From Hyaloraphidium curvatum SAG 235-1 (Eukaryota > Fungi > Monoblepharomycota): 64,000 nucleotides of DNA. The notes beneath the pieces were generated by a model. That model ran no database searches and had not been told where the DNA came from. It saw only the letters and a list, made by a program, of their open reading frames with translations. Positions 21,078 to 32,236 of this stretch are shown here, piece after piece. The stretch lies in NCBI GenBank assembly GCA_025558095.1, contig JAIVFI010000035.1, positions 124,001 to 188,000 on the forward strand. The letters are read 5' to 3'. Both the position numbers and the translations under genes were made by a program. Each line of letters opens with the position of its first letter. Position 1 is the stretch's first letter.

Positions 21078-22445
21078 ATGAACTACGACCAGGGACCACA
21101 CGAAGGAGGGGAAGCCGAGCACACTGCCGCATTGGTGCCTGTGACCGCCCACGACCGAGTTGCCGCGGCATTCGGCAAGCTATCGGACGCACTCAGGGAG
21201 TTCGCGTCCATCGATCCAGATGCTTTGCCGGATGCCCAAATGTGCTATCTTCTGCTGCGGAGCAAGGATGTGTCAAGGGACGACCTGAGTGCCGCGTCCC
21301 GCATTCTGTCTCTTGTCCACGCAATGCTACCATCGTTCAAGATTGACTTCACTGCAGATAAAGACACACGCGTTGAGCAAATCAAGGCGTTTCTTCGCAA
21401 GGATGCGCGTGTGAGCATCGGGACTTTGAGGAGAAACTCAAACTACAAGTCGCTCATCGCGGCACTGTCGAATGAGGAGGTACCAGGATTGCAGATGGTA
21501 TCGGACATCATGGACAGGTCGTTCAGAGGCAGATCACCCAACTATGTTCTGAATGCGTTCCATCTCAACGAAGAGCGCATCCTGTTTGCCAGCGCTGATG
21601 GTCGGAGCTCAGACGAGATTTGGCGAGACCCGGAAACGCCGCCGAGCGACAAGTTGCGACACACTGATCACCTTTCAAAGCTCTACGAACTGCTTCGTGA
21701 CCCCATTGGTGCCTTCCCGAAGGCGCCGGACAGGCACGACTTCATGCCGACCATTGTGTACTGCAAGAAGCTCCCGGGGCCGGGAAACGAAAGGAAATGG
21801 TTCTCCGAGGGCAAAATGATCGACCCCGAAACGTTCTCCATTGTGGGGCACGAAAACGATCCGAAGCCGTTTCATGCCATCATGCAAACTGACCATTGGA
21901 CGAAAGTGATCAACAACGACCTCGAAGGCTTCTTGAAACCACTTGCTGCCAAGGGAGACGAAAAGGCTCAACTCGAAAACGTTGTTTACTACTACGTTGT
22001 GGATCATCCCTGTGTTCCTCAACACTGGACGGCAAAAAGCCGCTTACAGGGCTACGTCGGGAAAGCAACGAACATGTGCATTCGGGGGCCACAGACTGGC
22101 TCAAGTCGGTGGCTACAGCACTTGGACAAGGCCAGAGCGGTGTACAGCAGTGTTTTGTCGAACGTCGACAACAAGACAATGGCCCTTGTCGCGGGGCGGG
22201 GAAGCCAGCTGGTTCAAGAGACTCTTGCCATCATGCGCGCGCTGAAGCCAGACGGAACAAAACCGGGCGGGATCGTGTTCGTAATTGGCAAGTTTGGTAG
22301 CATCACCAAAGCGGAAAAGATGGAGAGCAGGATACTCAATGAGGGGAGTCTGAATCTGAAGAAGTTCCATCTCAATGGAAAGCTGGAGAAGGAAGACCTG
22401 TCTGTGGAAGACGAATCGCAGGCACCCCAAAGCCAAGCATTGTGA
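21078..22445 (+). CDS. protein with C-terminal GIY-YIG endonuclease domain
   Basis: VVYYYVV...GYVGKATN...RWLQH...AEKMESRI...HLN gives Y / YxG / R / H / E / N in GIY-YIG order; intronless; visibly lower GC than the flanks. Confidence 0.65.
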   Translation: MNYDQGPHEGGEAEHTAALVPVTAHDRVAAAFGKLSDALREFASIDPDALPDAQMCYLLLRSKDVSRDDLSAASRILSLVHAMLPSFKIDFTADKDTRVEQIKAFLRKDARVSIGTLRRNSNYKSLIAALSNEEVPGLQMVSDIMDRSFRGRSPNYVLNAFHLNEERILFASADGRSSDEIWRDPETPPSDKLRHTDHLSKLYELLRDPIGAFPKAPDRHDFMPTIVYCKKLPGPGNERKWFSEGKMIDPETFSIVGHENDPKPFHAIMQTDHWTKVINNDLEGFLKPLAAKGDEKAQLENVVYYYVVDHPCVPQHWTAKSRLQGYVGKATNMCIRGPQTGSSRWLQHLDKARAVYSSVLSNVDNKTMALVAGRGSQLVQETLAIMRALKPDGTKPGGIVFVIGKFGSITKAEKMESRILNEGSLNLKKFHLNGKLEKEDLSVEDESQAPQSQAL

Positions 22446-22586
22446 TGCCTGCACATTTGCTGCATCTCAGAGACTTCGAACTTCGGGTGTCCTAAGCAAG
22501 AATGAAACACATGCGCTCCCAGATGCGTGAGCCCAGTGCGCTTGCGGAGGCACTGTCATTGGCCATATCTTCGCACGCTGTCGCCA

Positions 22587-22670
22587 ATGCCCACATTGAT
22601 CCAGCTGCCCACCGAACTTGTTGAGACAATTGCATCGCAATCGGTCGCCGACCGCACAACTGTCCTTCCA
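22587..22670 (+). pseudogene. possible F-box fragment
   Basis: MPTLIQLPTELVETIAS matches LxxLPxELxxxI; nothing recognisable downstream. Confidence 0.3.
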
Positions 22671-22920
22671 GAAGCGCGCTGCCGGCGCTGCTGGCTAAAG
22701 CCCCGCCCAAGCGTCATGTCCCGCGCCACCAACGCACGAAGCGCAAAGAGCGCGGCGGGAGTCGCGTCAGAGGGACTGTGAGGCGCGCATCGCCGAATCG
22801 AATTGCCAGTTCGCTCCGTCTTGCATCTTCAGACGACGAAGTCGGCGGCTGGCGTCACTGGATGTAGGTGGGCGGCTTGGTTGCTGAGATGATTGCGTCC
22901 GCCACACAGGGCGCGCAACC

Positions 22921-24072
22921 ATGGAAGACACCTCGTCCGCGCCCGCGCCCGCGCCGGCGCCCGCGCCGCGCCCTAAACGCCGAAAAGAGAGCAAAGAGCT
23001 GATCGAATCGCGCGCGGCCACTGCACGTGCCGCCGTCGACACGGCGAGGCGCGCATTCGTGCGTCGGTTTGCGCGGCACGACGTGACCCTCGGCAAAGGA
23101 GGCTACGCCAAGGTCGTTCTGGCCCATGACACGGTGCAGAACACCCAGGTCGCGCTCAAGATCGCACGGACGCGCGACATGCTGCCGGACAGCTCAACGT
23201 TGAAGGAGGCCGCCATCCTCCGCGCTCTGGGGCCTCATTCTGCCGTCGTTCGCCTGATTGAGGAGGCCCACTGGCCGGTGGACGAGCGTGGGTCGTCCGC
23301 CCCGTCTTGCCTGGCCCTGGAGCTTGGAAGTTGCTCGCTACAGGACGCCATCTACGGGGTGGAGGCCGATTCCGAGCCGGGCGCCCCGCCCGATGAGTGG
23401 TGCCCCGTTCCGGGCGCCGGCCCTATTGCGTGGACGCTTGCCAAAGTGCGGACGGTGATGTCGCAGCTTTTGGAGGGCCTGCAGTTCATTCACGGAAAGG
23501 GCTTCCTCCACCGCGACATCAAGCCCGCGAACGTTCTCCTCTTTCCCAGGGGCGTCGTCAAGTATGGCGACTTTGGCATTGCATGCCCTGCCCCGAACCC
23601 CTTCTTTGCTGGGCGGATGTGCACGGATGTCGTCACGCTCTGGTACAGGGCGCCGGAGCTGTTTCTGGGGACGGAGGAGCACAGCTACGGCGTCGACGTT
23701 TGGTCACTGGGCTGTGTCCTCGGCGAACTGCTCTTTCACCGCCCGCTGTTCCAGGCGTCGACGACAGGCGACATGCTGAAAGCGATGGCCGCGTTTGCTG
23801 GCCCGGTGCCCGCGTCAAGCAATCTTTGCCGGCTGCCGAGCTTCGCGCGCTACGAGGGGGCGCTGACTACGGCCGCCTCGCCCGTGGACGATCAGCCGCC
23901 GTTTCCCCTTGCAACGGGAGAGCGGCCGGCGTTTGATGCGGCGGTCGCGCTGCTTCGGGTTCTACTGGCATGGGACCCGGACGACCGCGCCGACATTGGG
24001 AAGATGCGGATGTGGGACGACACTGCGCCGATTTCGGACGAGCGGCCGTCAAAGAGGAGGAACCGGGGCTGA
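22921..24072 (+). CDS. intronless CDK-like (CMGC) kinase
   Basis: GKGGYAKV, VALK, DSSTLKE, HRDIKPANVL, DFG, VVTLWYRAPEL, DVWSLGC. Confidence 0.9.
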   Translation: MEDTSSAPAPAPAPAPRPKRRKESKELIESRAATARAAVDTARRAFVRRFARHDVTLGKGGYAKVVLAHDTVQNTQVALKIARTRDMLPDSSTLKEAAILRALGPHSAVVRLIEEAHWPVDERGSSAPSCLALELGSCSLQDAIYGVEADSEPGAPPDEWCPVPGAGPIAWTLAKVRTVMSQLLEGLQFIHGKGFLHRDIKPANVLLFPRGVVKYGDFGIACPAPNPFFAGRMCTDVVTLWYRAPELFLGTEEHSYGVDVWSLGCVLGELLFHRPLFQASTTGDMLKAMAAFAGPVPASSNLCRLPSFARYEGALTTAASPVDDQPPFPLATGERPAFDAAVALLRVLLAWDPDDRADIGKMRMWDDTAPISDERPSKRRNRG

Positions 24073-24542
24073 GTAGATGAGATTTGTCCGCCTGCCAGCC
24101 GACCACGGAGGCCCCGCCTTGCCCACCACGCGCATGTCCGGTCCCGCCCCGCAACCGCATGCTCCTGTGCCGCTGCCCGCAGGCCGTAGCCGCGCCACCA
24201 CGCGACGAAGGCATTGCACGCGTCCGTCAAGCGCCCGATCGTTGGTCGTTTCGGTGGTTGCGTCGCGTTACGGCGAACGCTCCCCGATGCGATAGACGTA
24301 GATTCGCCGGTCTGAAGCCTCCGGATCCTCTCTCCACCAACCGCCAGCAACCTCATCACACCACGCCGCCCCGCTCCGGCCCGTCTGGAGGCCTTCCGGC
24401 GCGCTTTCCGCAGCGGTGGCAGCGTTTTGGACGTGGGGGTCAGGCTTCCCCCTGTTTGGGGTCCACTAAATGGCCCAGATTCCGGATTCAATTGTAAAGG
24501 GGCACACAACCCCCTATACGGTGTCAGTTTTGAACCGCCTGC

Positions 24543-26551
24543 GGGCGTACATACCGCCGACGCCAACGCAGGACATAGTCACGCAGGACGAGATGTGGTC
24601 GAGGTTCTCAGGGATTGTGGCTGGGTGCGACATGCCGATCGTGATCGGGGACCTGAACGCACATGTGGGGATAAGCGAGGCAAACAGCGACGTGCGTGGC
24701 ACGAGCTTCGGAAAGCGTGTAATCCGGTCGGAGCAGCGCACGGATCGGAGGGGGAAACAGCTACTTGCACTGTGCCACGAGGAGGAGCTGGTGATCCTGA
24801 ATGGGCGCCTCGAGCCGGGGGCAACAACTCGCGCAGGAAAGGATGGCGAGCGGGACAGCACCTTGGACTACGCAATCGTGCCGCAGAGCCGCTACGGGAC
24901 GGTCACCCAGCTTGCATTTGTGAAGGAAGGCTGGGTTGTCACCTCAGACCACATGGCCCTGAGCCTGACCATCAAGGCCAACCTCGTGCGACCAGCTGCG
25001 AAGGAGAACAAGCCGCACTGCAAGCCCGTGCCGTGCGACTTCCACTTCCTCGCAATAATGCGAAACCTCTACGACGAGCCCTGGGTCAAGGAGGCAATGC
25101 AAGAGTACGAGCAACTTCAAGCTGGATCCGACAAGTGCAACCGGCTCATCCAGATCATGGCAGCGGTGAACAAGGTCGCAAAGAAGAAGTACGACAAGGT
25201 CAGCGTACACGAAGAGGCGGACAAGTTCCTCAACGGCTTTGCGGACTCGGCAGAGAGGGCCGAGATCGATCGGAAGCTGTCACGCCTTCTTGAGCTGCGA
25301 TCCCTCATGGAGAAGGACGAGTGGAAGAAGGAGTACCAGGGGAAGACGCGGGAGCTGGAGAAGGAGCGGAAGAAGTTGGAGAAGAGGATGCGGAGGGTTG
25401 CTGAGCGAGAGAACTCCAAGCTGCTAGAGCGACTCTTCAGGCGAGAGCCTAAGGGGTACTACCAGCTGCTTGGAAAGGCTCACGCAAGGCGCAAGGGCAA
25501 CCCCGTGCCCTTTGCAGAGCTGGTGCGCCACATGGAGATGGTCGCCAGCGCCGAATACGTGACCAAGATCGAGGAGGATCCAAGGCTCACGTTTCCACCA
25601 CTTCCCAAGGCCACGATCACGCCTTCTGGAGACCTGCTGCGCCCCATCACCCTCAAGGAGCTGGAGAGGGTCTTGAAGAAGGCCCCCAACGGCAAGGCAA
25701 AGGACGAGGATGGGATCCGGCTCGAGTTCGTCAAGTACGGGACTGCAGTACTGAAGCAAGCTGTTGTCAACCTCCTCAACGACGTGCTCAATGGCGTCAA
25801 GATGGATGACTGGGGCCAGACACTGCTGGTGATGCTGCACAAGAAGGGGCCCAAGAACGTGGCTGGCAACTACCGAGGCATCAGCATAGAGAGGACGCTG
25901 GAGAAGGTCTTCTCCCTGGTCTGGAACGCTCGGCTAGCTCCCTGGGCTGAGTGCAACAAGCTGCTGGAAGGCTCGCAGTTTGGATTCCGTGCACGGAGAT
26001 CGACCCTTCATGCAGTGTTCCTTGCCGAGGCACTCTTCTCCCTGGCCAAGGCACGCAAGGAGAAGCTGATCATGGTCTTTGTAGACTTCACAAAGGCTTT
26101 TGACACGGTGGAGCGCCCCAGGTTATGGCAGAAACTGGAGGAGATGGGTGTACCCAAACAGGTTGTTGACATGTTCGAGATGGCGTTCGGGCGCGTGTGG
26201 GGACGGCTCCGGGATGAAGACGGGACCAAGTCAGACTTCATCAAGTTCCTGACCGGAGTGAAGCAGGGGGACCCTCTCTCATCGCTGTTCTTCGTCTTGT
26301 TCATCAACGACATCACTGCTTTCATGGAGGCCAATGGTGCAAAAGGGATGGATCTGGGCATGGTGTCTGAGGAGGAAGAGGATCAGGAGAGGATGGTCAG
26401 CTTGCTAGCTCTGTTCTTTGCAGACGACACCACTTTGATCTCGAAGACGGTGAAGGATGCCAAGATGCAGCTGGATCTTCTGTCTGCATATGCCAGTGCC
26501 AATGGGCTGGAGATCAACGTCAGCAAGACAGAGTGGATGGCCAGGCGGATA
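24543..26551 (+). mobile_element. LINE (APE-RT), outer copy, left part; 5'-truncated within the endonuclease
   Basis: GDLNAH, TLDY and SDH (APE); NYRGIS, QFGFR, FVDFTKAFDTV, GVKQGDPLS, FADD (RT). Breaks at MARRI and resumes at 34927. Confidence 0.95.
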
Positions 26552-28891
26552 GAATAGAATAGTATTGGTGACCCGGACCTGCCCCTGGCTTGGCCGCTGT
26601 TACACCATGAGTTTGCTGCTAATTGCAAAGTTCATCGGCTGTTACACCATGAGTTTGCTGCTAATTGCAAAGTTCATCGTCGTCGTGTGTCTTTTTCATT
26701 TTCCCAGTTTTCCTGTCCTTCATGGACTTTGAGATGAAGCTGGCAATGGAGTTGAGGGCCTTCTCCTTCTGCCGCCTCGCTTTGATCGTGGGCTCGAACT
26801 CCTTGATGCTAAGAGCCCAGAGCCAGGTCTCCATGTTCCACTCGCGGCCTAGTGCTTCCAATCTAGTCTGCAGCTTCTGGCGCCGCTCCACATTTGCTGA
26901 ACAGTGAAACAGAAAGTGTTGTTCGTCTCCAATGTGCTCAGGGTCATGCTTGCACGTTCTCTGCTGCACCTCAAGTCCTTGGTGCCTGCCTGTCTCCACC
27001 TCCAGGTCGTGGGTAGAGCACAGCAACTTTTGGACATCCCTCCGGTGCTTCTCCACCCGGATCAAGGATGGTCCGATGTGGCCAAAGGTCATGTCACACA
27101 TCCTCCAAAAGTGCAGTTTGTCGTTGTCCTTGAGCCTCTGGGCATTGATCTCCCTGAACTTGCCCTTCACAAGATTCTCCACAGTCTCCTTGGGCCATGA
27201 GACAGTGTCCTTCTCCCACATCTCCTTCCCATCTTCGCCGCCATAGTATACAAGCAGTTCCCTCAGGAAGGCAGCCCAGTTCCAGGACCCCTTCAGTGCC
27301 TCGATCTTGAGCTCTTTGTAAAGTAGGTACAGCGCAGGATCCGCTGTTTTGATGCGCATGAGGAACTTGAGTGCCGACTAGTGGTCATGAACTGCAAGGG
27401 GGTACTGGCCAATGATCGCATACAGACAGGCCAGGGAGGTAGACTTGGGCAGATGAGTGACGGCACGAAGAGCCATGCATGTCACTTTGTCCCTGGTGCT
27501 TTCCCCGGCAAGGTACTCCTCCTTCGGCATCTCAACAATGAATGGGTTCCCATATTGGCCCACTGCCTTGACCTTTGTGTTGTAGAGCTTGAGCTGGAGG
27601 TCAGGACTCATCCCAGGCTGCTCCCTGATGTCACGGAGCCAGAGCCCATAAGCAGCGTTCATCTTGGCCTCTCTGCCATGCACATGGTCCTTGCTCCGGC
27701 CGGTTGAGGTCAGCTGATACCCCAGAAGCTTGAAGCTGTCAACCCTCTTCAGCTCCTGGTCCCTGTACATGAGCTTTACACGGTGAGGTATCCGCCTGGC
27801 CATCCACTCTGTCTTGCTGACGTTGATCTCCAGCCCATTGGCACTGGCATATGCAGACAGAAGATCCAGCTGCATCTTGGCATCCTTCACCGTCTTCGAG
27901 ATCAAAGTGGTGTCGTCTGCAAAGAACAGAGCTAGCAAGCTGACCATCCTCTCCTGATCCTCTTCCTCCTCAGACACCATGCCCAGATCCATCCCTTTTG
28001 CACCATTGGCCTCCATGAAAGCAGTGATGTCGTTGATGAACAAGATGAAGAACAGCGACGAGAGAGGGTCCCCCTGCTTCACTCCGGTCAGGAACTTGAT
28101 GAAGTCTGACTTGGTCCCGTCTTCATCCCGGAGCCGTCCCCACACGCGCCTGAACGCCATCTCGAACATGTCAACAACCTGTTTGGGTACACCCATCTCC
28201 TCCAGTTTCTGCCATAACCTGGGGTGTTCCACCGTGTCAAAAGCCTTTGTGAAATCTACAAAGACCATGATCAGCTTCTCCTTGCGTGCCTTGGCCAGGG
28301 AGAAGAGTGCCTCGGCAAGGAACACTGCATGAAGGGTCGATCTCCGTGCACGGAATCCAAACTGCGAGCCTTCCAGCAGCTTGTTGCACTCAGCCCAGGG
28401 AGCTAGCCGAGCGTTCCAGACCAGGGAGAAGACCTTCTCCAGCGTCCTCTCTATGCTGATGCCTCGGTAGTTGCCAGCCACGTTCTTGGGCCCCTTCTTG
28501 TGCAGCATCACCAGCAGTGTCTGGCCCCAGTCATCCATCTTGACGCCATTGAGCACGTCGTTGAGGAGGTTGACAACAGCTTGCTTCAGTACTGCAGTCC
28601 CGTACTTGACGAACTCGAGCCGGATCCCATCCTCGTCCTTTGCCTTGCCGTTGGGGGCCTTCTTCAAGACCCTCTCCAGCTCCTTGAGGGTGATGGGGCG
28701 CAGCAGGTCTCCAGAAGGCGTGATCGTGGCCTTGGGAAGTGGTGGAAACGTGAGCCTTGGATCCTCCTCGATCTTGGTCACGTATTCGGCGCTGGCGACC
28801 ATCTCCATGTGGCGCACCAGCTCTGCAAAGGGCACGGGGTTGCCCTTGCGCCTTGCGTGAGCCTTTCCAAGCAGCTGGTAGTACCCCTTAG

Positions 28892-29107
28892 TGTTGCTGG
28901 CGATGGATGGATGTGTTTGGAGCCGTTGGATCGAGTTGGAGTTGGCCTTGGAGTTGGATGTTGGACTTGGATGGATGGGTGGATCTTGGCTAGACAATAA
29001 CCTAGGAGGGCGGCTCTAAGAAAAGGGAGAATAACACAACAAACACCAGGAACGCCACCTGCTTCATCCGCACCTGTCTCTGGGCGCCTGTGACCAGGGG
29101 TCTTTGA
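28892..29107 (+). repeat. 5' LTR
   Basis: TGTTGCTGGC...GGTCTTTGA; identical by eye to 32021-32236. Confidence 0.95.
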
Positions 29108-29121
29108 GATTAAGAGTCTCA
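29108..29121 (+). promoter_or_regulatory. primer-binding site complementary to the tRNA-Lys(CUU) anticodon arm
   Basis: GATTAAGAGTCTCA is the reverse complement of TGAGA-CT-CTT-AA-TC and starts directly after the LTR. Confidence 0.75.
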
Positions 29122-29168
29122 CCTGCTCTGACACGTACCTGCTACCCCTGGAAGCCCGCCCGCGACAG

Positions 29169-30473
29169 GATGACAGCCAATGATGCCGACAAGCCCATCC
29201 TGCTCAACACCGGTGATAACATGGTCCAGTGGGACCGCAAGGCCCCCATCTACCTCAACAAGCTCGGGGTGTACGAGTACGTCGTCAACAACGTCCTCAG
29301 CCTCGACTGGCAGCTCGAGCAGGCTCGCAAGCGGGCCGCTGAGCGCGGCAACGCTCCAGGGCTGACCGACCGGCAGAGGGATGCCATCCTTATCGAGGAA
29401 GAGAAGGCCGCGCACGCGACCCTCACGGAACACAAGTTCAGGACGACGGCCGAAAAGGCCTACGGCGAGCTCATGTTGATGCTCGACGACGTCCTCCAGG
29501 AAGCATTCGACGAGCCCAAGACGGCCTACGACCTCTGGATCGCGATTCACAAGAAGTTCAAGGTTGGAAAGGCGCCCTGGTACACGCGTCCCAGGTCCGC
29601 GTAAACAAGTGGCAGTGGGACGCTTCAAAGACTGTGGACCAGAACTTCAACGAGCTGCTCAGCATCAAGTCAGAGAGGGCTGCGCACAAGAAACCGCTCT
29701 CAGACTACGACGTGGCCCTGATGGTGACATTCACCGAAGGTTTTCCGTTCGCGGAGCTCCAAGGATTCTGGGGCCGAATCATTGACGAGGACGGACACTT
29801 CGACCAAGATGGCAAGAGCGAGAGTATAACGTTCTCGTTCAATGGCATGCGGGATGCGGCTAACACGGCCCAAGGAAACAAGAAACCGGATGCACCTGTC
29901 AAGATGACAGTCCCGGCGACGCTCCCGCCCCCTGCTGGATTTGGACCCGGTTTCGCTGCCTATCAGCCGCACCAACAAGTTCCCCGTGGTGGTGGCAACC
30001 CCAGTCGGCCTCCGCAGCGCCCCTGGTACGAGCACGGTCGCTACGCTCCGTACCCCAGCTACAGGCCGAGCGGCATGGCTCCTATCCAAGGCCAGGGCCA
30101 TGATCCTCGGATGCGCGGCCGCGGGTTGGCACGTGGCGGAGGCCGCGGCTACTACCCCGCACCGAGGCCGATGGGCGGCCCAAGCTACCGCCCGGCTGGC
30201 GCTGCCGTTTGGAGGCCGGCTCCGGTGACCAGTGAGATCACCTGCCGCGAATGCGGCAAGCCGGGACACGTGGCATCGGCGTGCCCCGACAAGAAGTGCC
30301 ACAATTGCAACGGCAAGGGGCACGTACAGCGCGAGTGCCCGTCACCGCCCCAGCAGCCGTACGCCATGCTGGCAGATGCCCAGATGGAACACAGCGAGGG
30401 TGAGAATCGGGGGGGGATCCTGGGCCAAGGTGCCCGCGCCGCGAAGGGGCCGCGGTGCTCGGCGCTTGGTTGA
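29169..30473 (+). pseudogene. Copia gag, frameshifted near 29575
   Basis: LNTGDNMVQW...LNKLGVYEYV; TAYDLWIAIHKKF; zinc knuckles CRECGKPGHVASAC and CHNCNGKGHVQREC. Confidence 0.85.
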
Positions 30474-30521
30474 AAAGGAGGGCCGCGGGCTCCGCGTCGC
30501 GAAGGGCCGAGGGCCATACGC

Positions 30522-31757
30522 TTGAAGAAGAGGCTCTATGGATTACGGCAAGCGATGCGCTTGTTCCTTGCAATGCTTGATCATTTCCTCCGCCAGGCTG
30601 GATTCGTGAAGCTGGCCTCCGAGAGCTGTCTCTACGTGCGCTTCGCGGCCGGCCGCATTATGATCATCTTTGTCTACGTCGACGACTTGCTGGTTGCTGC
30701 CACCTCACAACTGGAGATTGACGAGTTGTTTGGCAGCCTCAAGCAGCATTTCAACATCAACTCGCTGGGCTCTGTCACTTACTGCTTGGGCGTGCACATC
30801 CGTCGCGACACCGGCACCGGTACAATCTCGTTGTCGCAGACGGCGTACATCGACCGCGTCCTCCGCGAGTTTGGATTCACGCGTGATGTTCCCAGCAAGG
30901 AGACGAAGTCTGCTCTCACGCCGATGCGACCGGATGCACTCCAGACGCTGCGCCCATTTGATCCCGCGGTGTTTGACAGCCTGCCAACGAAGATCCAAGA
31001 CGACGTCAAAAGTTTCAACTACAAGGGCCTGGTTGGATCTCTACTTTGGATTGCCATCACGACACGGCCAGATATTGCCTTTGCCGTGATCTTTCTTTCT
31101 CGCTTTGCCAACAGCTTCGGACCTCTTCACATCAAGGCGCTTCGAGATGTCTTACGCTACCTCCGCCGCACCCGTACCTATGGACTTGTTCTTGGCCGTC
31201 GTCCTGCGTCTGGCGATTGCTTGGATCTCTGTGCTTATGCAGATGCCGATTTTGCTGGCTGTGTGATGACCCGCAAGTCGACCACGGGTCTCGTCATCCT
31301 CATGGGTGCTTCCAGTATTGCTTGGCTGACCAAGCGGCAATCCATCGTTGCACAGTCTACTACGGAAGCCGAGTATGTTGCTATGGCGCATGCAGTTCGC
31401 AACATTCTCTGGCTGCGCTCCATCCTGCAGGAACTTGGCTTTGCGTGGACGACACCTACGCGACTTTTCGAGGACAACATGTCTGCTGAACAACTCGCTC
31501 GTGATCCTAAGTTTCACGAGCGGACGAAGCACATCGATATCAAGTACCACCTGGTTCGCGACACTGTGCAAAATGGAACGATTGAGACTGCACGGGTGGT
31601 GTCAGACGACAACCTTGGGGACGGCTTTACCAAGCCTCTAGCTCCGGCCCTTTTTGAACTTTTCCGTGCGCGCATTGGTGTTGTTGACCTTGATACGGGT
31701 TCGGCTGAGGCCAGCGTTCTCTGCGAGCCGGACCCTGCCGGGAATCTCTGCCAGTGA
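30522..31757 (+). pseudogene. Copia RT (C-half) and RNase H
   Basis: LKKRLYGLRQA, YVDDLL, TRPDIAFAV, YADADFAG, RKSTTG, STTEAEY, HERTKHIDIKYH. Confidence 0.93.
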
Positions 31758-32009
31758 TGAGCCTGAGGCTAGCGGGCAGCCGTTCCTTGGCTTCTGGGGG
31801 AGTCTCCCCTACGTGTACCTCTGGATTGTATTGTTTCTTGTACTTTCTTTGCATGTATGGTCTCTGGGGGAGCTTTTTGTACGGCGATTGGATCGCCCGG
31901 TCTTGGGGGGAGGTGTCATCAGGGAGCCTGGCCTAGGCAGCCCAAGGAGCTCAATCCCGGGGCGTGGAGGAGCATGCGGTGGGGGACTCCACTCGATCCA
32001 CTCGCCTCC

Positions 32010-32020
32010 AAATGGGGGAG
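32010..32020 (+). promoter_or_regulatory. polypurine tract
   Basis: AAATGGGGGAG immediately before the 3' LTR. Confidence 0.8.
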
Positions 32021-32236
32021 TGTTGCTGGCGATGGATGGATGTGTTTGGAGCCGTTGGATCGAGTTGGAGTTGGCCTTGGAGTTGGATGTTGGACTTGGA
32101 TGGATGGGTGGATCTTGGCTAGACAATAACCTAGGAGGGCGGCTCTAAGAAAAGGGAGAATAACACAACAAACACCAGGAACGCCACCTGCTTCATCCGC
32201 ACCTGTCTCTGGGCGCCTGTGACCAGGGGTCTTTGA
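32021..32236 (+). repeat. 3' LTR
   Basis: Identical to the 5' LTR; followed by the TSD CTTAG. Confidence 0.95.

Larger units (their letters stand above)
28892..32236 (+). mobile_element. Ty1/Copia LTR retrotransposon, internally deleted (3345 bp)
   Basis: Two 216-bp LTRs, 5-bp TSD CTTAG (28887-28891 and 32237-32241), gag, RT C-half and RNase H; no protease or integrase motifs seen. Confidence 0.95.

Noticed and set aside
27378-27380. TAG in inner ORF2 as recoding or a variant genetic code
   Set aside because: The outer copy has GAG here, so it is a simple nonsense mutation; other genes end in TAG normally.
28892-28997. N-terminus MSSQDPPIHP of ORF 27378..28997 and C-terminus of ORF 31919..33343
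   Set aside because: Artefacts of reading into the Copia LTRs, not real fusions.
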